A stretch of 64,000 nucleotides of DNA from Moorena producens (GTDB taxonomy: Bacteria; Cyanobacteriota; Cyanobacteriia; Cyanobacteriales; Coleofasciculaceae). The stretch lies in NCBI RefSeq assembly GCF_965240435.1, contig NZ_CBDEKO010000003.1. The stretch is one strand, 5' to 3'. Below are positions 9,296-18,281 of this stretch, piece by piece. Under the pieces are notes generated by a model. The model had not been told where the DNA came from. It saw nothing but the letters and a program-made list of their open reading frames with translations, and did no database searches. The translations under genes were made by a program, and so were the position numbers. Position 1 is the stretch's first letter. Each line of letters starts with the position of its first letter.

Positions 9296-9400
9296 GGGAC
9301 TTGTCTTGATGCAAAGCGCGAGTGGGGGAAACCACGGCAAAGCGCGAGTGGGGGAGACCCCCAAGACCGCGCTGCCTCCCCAAGACCGCGCTGCATCGCT
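9296..9400. repeat. dispersed GC-rich repeat (gcgcgagtggggga...cccccaagaccgcgctgcatcgc), internally duplicated here
   Basis: caaagcgcgagtggggga occurs twice and cccaagaccgcgctgc occurs twice. Related copies are at 17030-17068 and 39895-39930. Confidence 0.7.
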
Positions 9401-9475
9401 TAAGAGTTTTGTTCCCCCCAGAATTGGGGGGCTAGGGGGGCGAAACCATACCCATAATCAGCAACGCCCTACGTT

Positions 9476-9889
9476 CTACATTCTTAATTCTCCCTTCGAG
9501 CACAATCGCTCCAATAACGGTTTCGGAATTGTCTCAAAATCTTCCAACAAGAAATCCATGATGGCCAGATGGCGCAAGTGACCAGCAGTGGGAGGGTAAC
9601 AGCGACGACTGGTGTTAAACCAGCCATTAACGGTTTGAACGGAACAGGAGCAGATCAAAGCGATATCTTCACGAGTCAAGTCCCACTTCTGGTAGAACCG
9701 TTGCGGTGTCATACCCAATTCCCAGTAACTGTACAGTCGGATTAGGATTTGCTCGCGCTCAGTGATGGGATAGGGATAGGAATTTTCCCCCTGAGACTCC
9801 GTCTGGGCAGGCTGTTGGCCAAGCTGTTCAAGCTGCTCCATCGCTTCGTGGTAATCGATGGGAAGATAAACGAATCGTTTCTTTGGCAT
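9476..9889 (-). CDS. hypothetical protein with a putative helix-turn-helix segment
   Basis: 137-aa ORF. LTREDIALICSCSVQTVNGWF resembles an HTH recognition helix. No firm family assignment. Confidence 0.35.
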   Translation of the reverse strand: MPKKRFVYLPIDYHEAMEQLEQLGQQPAQTESQGENSYPYPITEREQILIRLYSYWELGMTPQRFYQKWDLTREDIALICSCSVQTVNGWFNTSRRCYPPTAGHLRHLAIMDFLLEDFETIPKPLLERLCSKGELRM

Positions 9890-9920
9890 TATTATAGAAT
9901 TACCTCAATTGTAATTGGGT

Positions 9921-9969
9921 AGAAAGCCGCGCTTGGCGCTTGGTCGGCAGAAAGCGCGGCTTTTTTTTC
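9921..9969 (+). terminator. rho-independent terminator-like hairpin (aaagccgcgctt ... aagcgcggcttttttttc)
   Basis: 12-bp GC-rich stem, ~19-nt loop and a T8 run on the + strand. There is no annotated + gene upstream, so it may terminate an unannotated small RNA. Confidence 0.45.
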
Positions 9970-10134
9970 ATGATTATAGTATAACCATTGGGTACTTTTA
10001 TTGTCAACCTAAAACCAAAAAAAGTCAAGGCAATTTTTAAATTTTGTAATAATTAGTTACACTTAAATAGTTAGCATGGTTACTGGTTTAGCTAATAGCT
10101 GGAATTGGGAACATAGAGTTATAAAATGTAAGTA

Positions 10135-10260
10135 GTCAGCGGTCAGTGGTCAGGGGTCAGCCATCAGCCTTTAGCTGAAAGCTGATAGCTGAAAGCTGAT
10201 AGCTGATAGCTGAATCCTTACCCCGATTCCCGATTCCCGACTCCCGATTCCCGATTCCCT
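10135..10260. repeat. heptamer tandem repeats (ggtcagt/ggtcagc, agctgat, ccgattc families)
   Basis: gtcagcggtcagtggtcaggggtcag...gctgaaagctgatagctgaaagctgatagctgatagctga...cccgattcccgattcccgactcccgattcccgattccc. Confidence 0.9.
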
Positions 10261-10262
10261 AG

Positions 10263-12890
10263 TTAATGAAGCGCTTCCCTAACTAAAATCACAGTACTAT
10301 CTACACCCCGTGCGATCGCTTCCGGAATATTGCCATGGATCGCCTGCTCCAATAATCCCTCTCGACTAGCTCCGATCACGACTACATCATACTTTTGAGC
10401 CTTGGCTAAACGAATCAAGGCATCAGAAACAGAATAGGAACGGATTGGAATTGATAGCACATCACACATACCTTTGAGTTGCTGTTTGAGGAAATAGGTA
10501 GCTTTTTCCAAGCTAGTCATTATAGGTTCCCCAGCTTGAGGGTTAAAAACCTGAGTTACTACGATTTGCTCTGCTTTAGCAAGGGTTGCTAGTATCGGAA
10601 TTAATTGTAGGGCACGGCTAGAGTTGGGTCCACCAGCAATGGGGATTAACCAACGCTTCCAGGTCTTAGCTAGTGAACCGTACTTAGCAGATTTAACATC
10701 TTCTGCTACTTCCTTGCCTTGGGGTAATTTCAGCAAGACTAAATCACAGGGAGCTTGTCGAATCAAGGTATCGATAATATTACCAAAAATCTGATTAGGA
10801 CTATTAGATGGTCCTCCCTTCCATCCCATCAAAATCAGATTAATATGTCGTTGTTTAATAGTTTCTAGAATTGCTTGAGCGGTATCGTGGGATATCCGGA
10901 TTTGGGTGTGAACTGGCATTTCCCACCGTCGCCCTAGCCTTTCCGCTTGCCTTAGCAATCTGCGACTTTTGGTAGTATCAACTGCTGTCTGAGCAGGACT
11001 AGTGCTGCGGGAGATAGGTATTACCTGCAAACACTCAAGTTCATAGTCGCGATCGCGGCCAATAGCAGTAGCTATTTCCAACAATACTGGTGCTGATTGG
11101 GGATTAGCTAAGGGAACCAACATCCGTCCACTGCCGGTAGCTGGAGCCCGAGTATAATAGACCCCATAGGAGGGATCAGGACTTGGTCCTAGTTGTTCTT
11201 TTTCCCCACTCAGTTGGTTAGCTTCGGCACGAATAATATCACTAAAGGTAATGATTCCAACTAACTTTCTGCTTTCTAGAACAGGTAACCGATTGAGTTT
11301 ATAACGATTAAGAATGTAGAGAACGTGGCTTAAGGTATCATTGTGTCTAACTGTTATCGGTTGTGGAGTCATCATCTCCTTTATAGGGGTATTTCCAGGC
11401 AGTTGGTCTCGATTCTTGGCAATATCTTCTTGAGTAATTATCCCGACCAATTTCCCCTGAGCAACTACTGGAAAGCCGCGATGACTAGAGTTACTAAAGG
11501 TCTGAATGGCTTGATCTAAGGTCATCTGACTCCCTAGGGTTTCTACCCGGCGCTGCATAATGTCAGATGCTTTCAAACCAACTAAAGTTCTTTTATCCAC
11601 CTTTACTTGAGGCAAGCTGTAGCCTTTCCTCTCCAACAAACGTTGATAGAGAGACCCTTTGGCTAATTGATCGGCAACTAGGTAGGAAACCACACAGGTG
11701 ATCATTAACGGTAGGACTAAATTAAAGTCCGTTGTCATCTCAAACACGATCACAATCGCTGTGATCGGTACCTTGGAAACCGCACTAAAAAATGCTCCCA
11801 TCCCTGCCAAGGCGTAGGTAATCGGATAACCTAATCCGAGCAGGTGATACTCACCGATGCCAACTAAATAGCCTAATGCGGAACCCAATACTAGGGAGGG
11901 ATGAAATAACCCCCCTGGTGCTCCAGAACCATAGGCAATTATGGTCAGTAAGAAATAGACTACAAAAGCGAAACTGGTAAATTCCCAACCTACATCACCA
12001 GTGAGCAACAACTCCCGCAAACCACTGTTGTTATGGAACTGATCCGGTAGCAGTGCTACAATACACCCACCAAGCATCCCAGCTATACCAATCCGCAATG
12101 GTAAGCTGAGCTTGAGGCGGTCGTAAAAATTCAGACTGGCCAGAATTCCCTGATTAAACAAAGCTGCTAGCAATCCAGCCAACACTCCTAACAATAAATA
12201 GAAGGGAATCTCACGAGCGTCAAAGGTGCTGGAAAAGTTGCTTAGTTCCCGATTGAGGTCTAGGGTACCTCCACCCAATAGCCGGGAAACCACCGCACCA
12301 ATAAAGGATGCTATAATAGCACTACCGAGAGTTATACTAGATAAATCTGGTAACAGTTCCTCAAAGATAAAGGCTACACTAGCCAGGGGAGCATTAAACC
12401 CAGCGGCTAATCCAGCCCCAGCCCCAGCAGCAATCATTTGACGTCGGTGATCAGGAGAGGTGGGTACCCAGCGAGTTAATTGAGCCGCCAAAGCTGCTCC
12501 AATATGAACCGTTGGGCCTTGACGTCCCATAGTCATTCCCGCCGCCAGAGATAGGATCGTACTTACCAACTTGACCGCAGCCACCCGTAAATTCATCGCG
12601 ATAGGAAACCGGGCAAGAGCACCTTTGATCTGAGGTACGCCACTACCAGTTGCCTCTGATGCTAGAAACTCAATCAGGAATCCGCACAGTAATCCTAAGC
12701 AGAGTCCAAAAGCAGGTAGGGCAAAGCTAGGGGGTAGGAGCAGAGATGCTTGAAGCCGCCAACTCCCTAACCAGCCAATACTGTGTTTGAGTAATACTGC
12801 TGAAAGTCCTGAGACCAATCCAATCAGACAGGCTTCGGCAAGGGCAAGACTTCTTTTGGGGATCAGCCATTGGGTAATGGGATTGATCAT
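10263..12890 (-). CDS. ClC-family chloride channel fused to a CBS pair and tandem universal stress protein (UspA) domains
   Basis: The N-terminal membrane domain carries ClC motifs GSGVPQIKGAL, GRQGPTVHIGAA and FEELL. It is followed by CBS-type repeats (LVGIITQEDI, LVGIITFSDI) and a C-terminal USP-like alpha/beta region ending VVIGASREG...HGNIPEAI. Confidence 0.85.
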   Translation of the reverse strand: MINPITQWLIPKRSLALAEACLIGLVSGLSAVLLKHSIGWLGSWRLQASLLLPPSFALPAFGLCLGLLCGFLIEFLASEATGSGVPQIKGALARFPIAMNLRVAAVKLVSTILSLAAGMTMGRQGPTVHIGAALAAQLTRWVPTSPDHRRQMIAAGAGAGLAAGFNAPLASVAFIFEELLPDLSSITLGSAIIASFIGAVVSRLLGGGTLDLNRELSNFSSTFDAREIPFYLLLGVLAGLLAALFNQGILASLNFYDRLKLSLPLRIGIAGMLGGCIVALLPDQFHNNSGLRELLLTGDVGWEFTSFAFVVYFLLTIIAYGSGAPGGLFHPSLVLGSALGYLVGIGEYHLLGLGYPITYALAGMGAFFSAVSKVPITAIVIVFEMTTDFNLVLPLMITCVVSYLVADQLAKGSLYQRLLERKGYSLPQVKVDKRTLVGLKASDIMQRRVETLGSQMTLDQAIQTFSNSSHRGFPVVAQGKLVGIITQEDIAKNRDQLPGNTPIKEMMTPQPITVRHNDTLSHVLYILNRYKLNRLPVLESRKLVGIITFSDIIRAEANQLSGEKEQLGPSPDPSYGVYYTRAPATGSGRMLVPLANPQSAPVLLEIATAIGRDRDYELECLQVIPISRSTSPAQTAVDTTKSRRLLRQAERLGRRWEMPVHTQIRISHDTAQAILETIKQRHINLILMGWKGGPSNSPNQIFGNIIDTLIRQAPCDLVLLKLPQGKEVAEDVKSAKYGSLAKTWKRWLIPIAGGPNSSRALQLIPILATLAKAEQIVVTQVFNPQAGEPIMTSLEKATYFLKQQLKGMCDVLSIPIRSYSVSDALIRLAKAQKYDVVVIGASREGLLEQAIHGNIPEAIARGVDSTVILVREALH

Positions 12891-12977
12891 TGATTGATCA
12901 TTAGTTAATTTTCATTAGTGATTATTCCTAGGTACTTTCTAAATACCAGGATAATTTCTCTAGTTACAACTAACCCA

Positions 12978-14312
12978 CTAATGACTAGAGGTTACCGATA
13001 GTCCTTCCACAATTAAAGAAGGTGTGTAGATGCTATCCTGCCAATCAGCATCATCACCAAGTATTACTAATTGCTTAAGGGTGTTGTAGACATTCCCAGC
13101 TACCATAGTGTCTTTGACTCGACCAATAATTTTTCCTTGTTGCACTCGATAGCCTAACTCAACATTGACGGAAAAGTCACCGGAGATGCCAGCACTACCG
13201 CCAAGAATCTGGTCTATGACTAATCCTTCGTCTAATTGCCCAATTAAGTCATTGAGTGACCCTTGGCCTGGTTTAATCAGTAAGTTGACTAGATCAGGGG
13301 TTGGGTAGCTGCCTAGGCTAGGGCGAAATCCATTTCCCGTTGTGCCAGTTCCCAGTAAGCGACCGGTAGTGCGATCGCAAAAAAACTGTTGCAATTGCCC
13401 TTCACTGATAAATACGAGGGATTGGGTAGGGGTGCCTTCATCATCAAAGGGGCAACTGTAGGGAAATTCAGGATTAGGTTCTTGAAACAGGGTCAGGTTT
13501 TTTGAGGTAACCACCTGACCTAGACTATCACTCCAGGGGGTCGCTTTTTCAAGTACCCGTTTTCCATTTAAGGCTGCTTCCACAGTGGCCCATAGCAAAT
13601 CCGCTGCTTTAGAGGTCAACAAAATTGGCACACGACCACTGGGAGTAGAGACATTTTCCGTTGCCCAGTTGAGGCGTTGTAAGATTTGGTCTAGGACTTT
13701 GTTGGTGTTTAGGCTTTCTTTAGTTGACGATGGGCTTAATCGAATTTGTGTGCCATCACCGACACTTAAAAAATCTTCACCCCTGACCCATTCTACCCCC
13801 AGGAAATAACTGAGACTAGTGTCAGTGTAAGAGCAATGTAATCCTTCAGAGTTTATTAAGCTAGTGGTTTCTGACTCCCATTCCGACTCAGCGCTACACA
13901 ATACTTCTGGGTAGGCATCGCGAATTAATGCGATCGCATCCGAGCCGATTGCTACTAGGTCTTCTATCGGTATAGTTTCTGGTGAGTCGGAATAGTTAGC
14001 GCTAGGACCATCAGCCAGTTCTATGGATTCCGGTTCATTGAGTGCAGTCATGGCCATTGCCCGGTCTACTAAATCTTGGGCTGCCACTGCTCCATAGCCT
14101 ACTGCTAGTCCTGGACGTCCGTCTCGCCATAACCGTAGCGCTGTGCCTTCCGATTGACTACTTTCGATTTGTTTGAGCCGATTAGCTTCAAAAAACACAG
14201 GACGAGAAAGGGTCTGCGACTGATAAACCTCTGCACTAGTCGCTCCTGATTTAGCTGCTAAGTCTAACAGTTGTTCGGCTTGCAGCTCTTGCGGTATAGT
14301 TTCAGCACTCAT
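12978..14312 (-). CDS. TldD/PmbA-family metalloprotease
   Basis: 444 aa. Family-typical segments GISGDFSVNVELGYRVQQGKI and VAGNVYNTLKQLVILGDD near the C-terminus. Overall length and composition match PmbA/TldD. Confidence 0.75.
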   Translation of the reverse strand: MSAETIPQELQAEQLLDLAAKSGATSAEVYQSQTLSRPVFFEANRLKQIESSQSEGTALRLWRDGRPGLAVGYGAVAAQDLVDRAMAMTALNEPESIELADGPSANYSDSPETIPIEDLVAIGSDAIALIRDAYPEVLCSAESEWESETTSLINSEGLHCSYTDTSLSYFLGVEWVRGEDFLSVGDGTQIRLSPSSTKESLNTNKVLDQILQRLNWATENVSTPSGRVPILLTSKAADLLWATVEAALNGKRVLEKATPWSDSLGQVVTSKNLTLFQEPNPEFPYSCPFDDEGTPTQSLVFISEGQLQQFFCDRTTGRLLGTGTTGNGFRPSLGSYPTPDLVNLLIKPGQGSLNDLIGQLDEGLVIDQILGGSAGISGDFSVNVELGYRVQQGKIIGRVKDTMVAGNVYNTLKQLVILGDDADWQDSIYTPSLIVEGLSVTSSH

Positions 14313-14320
14313 ATTGCAAA

Positions 14321-14390
14321 GGGAGTAGGGAGTAGGGAATCGGGAGTCGGGAGTCGGGAGTCGGGAGTCGGGAGTCGGGAGTCGAGGGAG
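14321..14390. repeat. heptamer tandem repeat (gggagtc x ~8)
   Basis: gggagtagggagtagggaatcgggagtcgggagtcgggagtcgggagtcgggagtcgggagtcgag. Confidence 0.95.
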
Positions 14391-14539
14391 TTTTTTCTAA
14401 CTGAATAATATCCAACTTAAATGCCCAACAGCTTAGGTAGGTGATCATCTACTACCAATATTGCATTAATTTGCACCCCTCCAAAACGTCGAATAATCTA
14501 TAGATAGATATATATAGTTGAGTTAAGAAAGGAAAAAAC

Positions 14540-14950
14540 ATGAAAAGATTTTCGAGACCCTTAAAAGCGATCTTCGCATTCTTGATGGCAGTGCAACTGT
14601 TTTTGATGATCTCCCCTGCAGCAATGGCCCAAGAGATGCCAGCCGTTATAGCTCCTGATAGCATTTGTACTCAGGATTACAACCGGTGCGGCAATAGTAG
14701 TATCTGCGTGTGCCCGGATGGATATGAATATGATGCAAGTGTCGCGTTGTGCTTGATCGAGGACATTGATGAGGCAACTAGCCGGGGATTAGACGATCGC
14801 TCGGTTAAAAGCTCATGTTCAATTCAAGTAATACCTCTGGGTCCATGTACAAAGGATAGAAATAAGCTTGGTTATCCCAGCATGTGCCGGTGCCCGGCTA
14901 TAAGCGAATACAATCAGTTATTTGGTCAGTGCGTGCTGCCATTGGGTTAA
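14540..14950 (+). CDS. small secreted cysteine-rich protein with two EGF-like Cys repeats
   Basis: Signal peptide MKRFSRPLKAIFAFLMAVQLFLMISPAAMAQ. Two repeats share the Cys pattern C..D.N.CG.SS.CVCP.GYEY and C....GPC....N..G.PSMCRCP.ISEY. Confidence 0.5.
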   Translation: MKRFSRPLKAIFAFLMAVQLFLMISPAAMAQEMPAVIAPDSICTQDYNRCGNSSICVCPDGYEYDASVALCLIEDIDEATSRGLDDRSVKSSCSIQVIPLGPCTKDRNKLGYPSMCRCPAISEYNQLFGQCVLPLG

Positions 14951-15072
14951 TAACACTCCTGCTCGGGGCAGCCTAGTGTAATACGAGTAATGCTGCCGGT
15001 AGCTTTGACTGGGTAGCTGCGCCAGTACTTTCAGGACCCGTAGAACAGGTGATTGTTCTACGGGTTCTTTTG

Positions 15073-15177
15073 TAGGGAGTAGGGAGTCGGGAGTCGGGAA
15101 CACAAATTCTCACAATTTATTTTTGCCTGTTGCCTGTTGCCTGTTGCCTGTTGCCTGTTGCCTATTGCCTATTGCCT
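15073..15177. repeat. heptamer tandem repeats (gggagtc; ttgcctg x7)
   Basis: gggagtagggagtcgggagtcgggaac ... ttgcctgttgcctgttgcctgttgcctgttgcctattgcctattgcctgg. Confidence 0.95.
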
Positions 15178-15181
15178 GGTG

Positions 15182-16045
15182 TTATAACTCCCGGCATAGC
15201 CAAAATCCGGCAAACCGTTCTGAGGTTGGATTCGATTGTACGGCCAGAAAATGGACGAAATTAGCTTTCTGCTTTGCTTCTTCAAAGCTTTTTGCCTCTG
15301 CCAGAATTTGAGATTTGGTCAGGTTAGCGAGAATCCAGCTTTCATTGGCACCAGTTTCCAGTAACAACTTTGGCTTATCATCAGTAGTGTCAAGTTTCAC
15401 AAAGGATAGCTCTAAACCTGACATCCATGCCGCTAGGGGTTTAGCTCGTTGGGAAAATATAATCAGACCGGGAATGGGGGTTTCTGGGGCAATGTCCATG
15501 ATCGAGACCGGGAAGGCTTCACCAAAGTCAATATCCCACTCGTTCATTTCCTCAAAGGCAGCGGCTTGTAGACTTACAACTGCCCACTTCTGTCCCTGCA
15601 AGGCATCGGGTAGTGGTTTAGGGATGGGGGATTGATAACGGACAAATGAGGAAGCAGCGGCGGCGGGGTCATAGCCTGGTTGATTGGGATAAAAGTCCTG
15701 TATCCTTTGTTTTAGCCATCGCTCCAAAGCATAGGTGCGACGGCTGGGTTGAGCTGGAATATTCAGCTCATTACAGGCTTTGGTAATCATATTGTTCATC
15801 TGACGCCGAAAGAAGCGAATCTTGGTTGGTGGCTGTTGAGCTTTTGCGATCGCATCTGACAAAGCCTGCCCCAACCAAATTGAATTCACCTGCTGGTTGG
15901 GACACCAACTAGCGTATTGAAACAGTGTCTCAGGTGAGAGGTTGATGTCCAAAGGACTCTCGCAAATTAAGACTTCCCAAAGTTTCTTCTGATTTTCGTC
16001 CAAAATTGGGCGGGAGTAAAAATCGAGTTCCCAAATTGTTTCCAT
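15182..16045 (-). CDS. Tab2/ATAB2-family RNA-binding protein (DUF1092)
   Basis: N-terminal IWELDFYSRPILDENQKKLWEVLIC matches the conserved start of cyanobacterial Tab2 homologs as I recall it. Length ~287 aa fits. Confidence 0.55.
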   Translation of the reverse strand: METIWELDFYSRPILDENQKKLWEVLICESPLDINLSPETLFQYASWCPNQQVNSIWLGQALSDAIAKAQQPPTKIRFFRRQMNNMITKACNELNIPAQPSRRTYALERWLKQRIQDFYPNQPGYDPAAAASSFVRYQSPIPKPLPDALQGQKWAVVSLQAAAFEEMNEWDIDFGEAFPVSIMDIAPETPIPGLIIFSQRAKPLAAWMSGLELSFVKLDTTDDKPKLLLETGANESWILANLTKSQILAEAKSFEEAKQKANFVHFLAVQSNPTSERFAGFWLCREL

Positions 16046-16084
16046 GCCACCATTAAGATAATCTCACCCATATTTATGATACGG

Positions 16085-16340
16085 CTCTAAGAGCGCAATC
16101 CGTAAGCAATCAGCTATCAGCGGTCAGTTATCAGCTGTCAGCTATCAGTTCTTAGCTATCAGTTCTTAGTTATCAGTTATTAGCTATCAGCTATCAGCTA
16201 TCAGCTTTTAGCTATGAGTTTATGCGCTATGAGCACCTTACTTGAGGTTCCAAAGGCTGACGGCTGACCACTGACCACTGACCACTGACCACTGACCACT
16301 GACTGCTGACTGCTGAGTGCTGACCACTGACTGCTGACCA
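16085..16340. repeat. heptamer tandem repeat blocks (cagctat/cagttat; ccactga/ctgctga)
   Basis: cagctatcagcggtcagttatcagctgtcagctatcag... and ccactgaccactgaccactgaccactgaccactgactgctgactgctgagtgctgaccactgactgctgacc. Confidence 0.95.
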
Positions 16341-16428
16341 CTGACTGCTGAATGCTTAAGATGTGATTAATTTTATTTAACTATATATAATTAAATATAT
16401 TCACAATTGTGAAAGTCAACAAAAAACT

Positions 16429-16818
16429 ATGAGTAGCGATCGCACAGACGTATTAGCCGCCAACACAGCGTTTTATCGAGCTTTTGAGAAAAAGGACATT
16501 GAAGCCATGAGTAAGGTCTGGTCTCAAGGCACTGGTAGTCTTTGTATTCACCCTGGACGTGATGTAATCAAAGGTTGGCGGGACATTCGCTCATCTTGGG
16601 AAATGATATTCAAGAATACCCAATACCTGGAAATTGAACCAGAGATTATTGCTACTGAAGTCAGGGACACTCTTGCCTACGTTGTTGTGCTAGAAAAAGT
16701 GTTGCAAGTTAGCAAGGGTAGAAGGATTGAGGCAGAATCCATAGCAACCAATATGTTTGAGCTTATGGCTGGCTCTTGGTATTTGGTGCATCATCACGGC
16801 AGTCCACTGATGGGCTAA
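16429..16818 (+). CDS. NTF2-like / SnoaL-like (DUF4440-type) small protein
   Basis: 129 aa. The N-terminal VLAANTAFYRAFEKKDIEAMSKVWSQG... followed by CIHPG...GW..I is typical of the NTF2-like ketosteroid-isomerase fold. Confidence 0.5.
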   Translation: MSSDRTDVLAANTAFYRAFEKKDIEAMSKVWSQGTGSLCIHPGRDVIKGWRDIRSSWEMIFKNTQYLEIEPEIIATEVRDTLAYVVVLEKVLQVSKGRRIEAESIATNMFELMAGSWYLVHHHGSPLMG

Positions 16819-16984
16819 ACTTCACCAGTGCGACTTCCCTATTCTCTGTTACGATGATCTGCTGTTACCTGTTCCGATGATCCGCTGTTCCCTTTGCTAT
16901 AGTTGTCGTGGTTTTTGTTTGGTAATGGGTATGGTCGAGGGAGTAATTTCAATTACTAATTACCAATTACTAATTACCAATTAC

Positions 16985-17110
16985 CAAACTGAGATCTTGC
17001 ACCATTGTCATTGTCTTGATGCAGTCGCTCATGGGGGAAACCCCCAAGACCGCGCTGCATCGCTAATCCTAGGGTGGGCAGTGCCTACCAACGGGCTTTG
17101 CAAGCTTCAT
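16985..17110. repeat. dispersed ~100-bp element, copy 1 (ctgagatcttgcaccattgtcat ... gggtgggcagtgcctaccaac ... gggctttgca)
   Basis: Shares the three blocks ctgagatcttgcaccattgtcat, tagggtgggcagtgcctaccaac and gggctttgca with 22349-22445. It also embeds a cccccaagaccgcgctgcatcgc unit. Confidence 0.7.
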
Positions 17111-17288
17111 TATCTGTCTGCTGCACTGCCCAGCCTAAATGAACTAATTACCAATTACTAATTACTAATTACTAATTACCAATTAGCCAAGCAGGAATTT
17201 TGATGAAGTTTTGTGAATTAGCGCCAAAGTGGCGACATCGCCATAACTTATCTAGCTAAATTATTAAAGTTTCCAAAAACACAGATCA

Positions 17289-17445
17289 GATCAAGTCCGG
17301 TTAACTAATCATAAAGATCCCTGATGGTGGGAATTTAAACTTGGGAATTTGTCATTGGTAATTCGTAGTTTAAGATTACCCATCATCCATTACAGTAACC
17401 CCAAAATCCAAGGACTATTTTGGATTTGATTAACCGGACTTGATC
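17289..17445. mobile_element. MITE-like element with 16-bp terminal inverted repeats gatcaagtccggttaa / ttaaccggacttgatc
   Basis: The arms at 17289-17304 and 17430-17445 are exact reverse complements. The interior has no ORF. A partial copy (atcaagtccggttcaa) is at 39462-39477. Confidence 0.55.
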
Positions 17446-17681
17446 TGAATTCACCGGAAAATTGGCATGTAATATCAATTAGCTAAAATAATGCTATAGA
17501 TGCTTAATTGGTAATTGATCATTGGTAATTGATCATTGGTAATTGGTCATTGGTAGTTGGATTAGTATTCTCCATACCCCATTAACTAGTACCTATTAAC
17601 AAAAGGTAGTCGCAGGCAACATAGTAGCTAATTAATAGAAGTGCTTATTTTCCCCAATTGTCTACTATTGGAGTTTGTAAC

Positions 17682-17993
17682 ATGAGTAACTTCTCAATTT
17701 CTGATCTGCCTTCTGCTGGTTCAGCTCTGTTTTCGGAGTCTGAAGGATTCCATGAGTTCATGAACGATCTAACCGAAGATGAACTCAAGGGTATAGAAGG
17801 CGGCGGCAAAAAAAACAAGGGTGGCTTTTTCTTTGGCAGTAAAAGTAGCAAGGGTTTTAAATCCAGCCGGTTCAAACCCAGCCGCTCCAAATCCAGCCGT
17901 TTCAAACCCAGCAAGTTCAAACCCAGCAAAGGGGGCTTTTTCTTTCCACATCCCTATGGCTTCTTTCCACACAATTGTAGACCAGTGCATTAG
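17682..17993 (+). CDS. double-glycine-leader precursor peptide with a cationic Ser/Lys/Phe-rich core (candidate RiPP or bacteriocin precursor)
   Basis: The leader ...MNDLTEDELKGIEGGG fits the LSxxELxxIxGG double-glycine consensus. The core is GKKNKGGFFFGSKSSKGFKSSRFKPSRSKSSRFKPSKFKPSKGGFFFPHPYGFFPHNCRPVH. A GGAG Shine-Dalgarno lies 8 nt upstream of the ATG at 17682. Confidence 0.6.
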   Translation: MSNFSISDLPSAGSALFSESEGFHEFMNDLTEDELKGIEGGGKKNKGGFFFGSKSSKGFKSSRFKPSRSKSSRFKPSKFKPSKGGFFFPHPYGFFPHNCRPVH

Positions 17994-18281
17994 GCCATAT
18001 AGATTTCAGTTTCCCTGAGTAAATGGATAAAGTCCTTTTCATTACTAAGGGATAGGGATTTTAGGAGTCAGATGTTGGGGACATTTTTATCCCACAACTT
18101 ACGCAAAACTGGGCACCAAACTCGATAACTATTAGGGTGTAATAACACACCATATAGGTAGATTTACTGCGTAAGTACTGACTCCCAAAATTTCATAAAA
18201 TAACTGATAATCAGGGTTTTATTCCATCAGTGGTTTCTAAGCAATAGTTGAGGCTATTGCCGGATAGTAAATCCGGTAATA

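Noticed and set aside
9306-9581. 91-aa ORF in the six-frame track
   Set aside because: It lies entirely within the duplicated cccccaagaccgcgctg dispersed repeat. Its low-complexity Gly/Arg translation is typical of repeat read-through, and it overlaps the 3' end of the minus-strand HTH gene.
12226-12441. 71-aa + ORF
   Set aside because: It is the antisense frame within the ClC channel gene.
16877-17161. 94-aa ORF
   Set aside because: It spans heptamer repeats (aattacc/aattact) and the dispersed element, with no RBS, so it is a translated repeat.
17658-17681. Upstream TTG start for the orphan GG peptide as listed in the ORF track
   Set aside because: The ATG at 17682 has a properly spaced GGAG. 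The extra MSTIGVCN residues would precede the conserved leader start.
17645-18018. Three overlapping ORFs on both strands around the orphan GG-peptide gene
   Set aside because: They are shadow frames of the + strand 17682-17993 gene, which has the GG leader and an RBS. Their low-complexity P/K/F translations derive from the internal ttcaaacccagc repeats.
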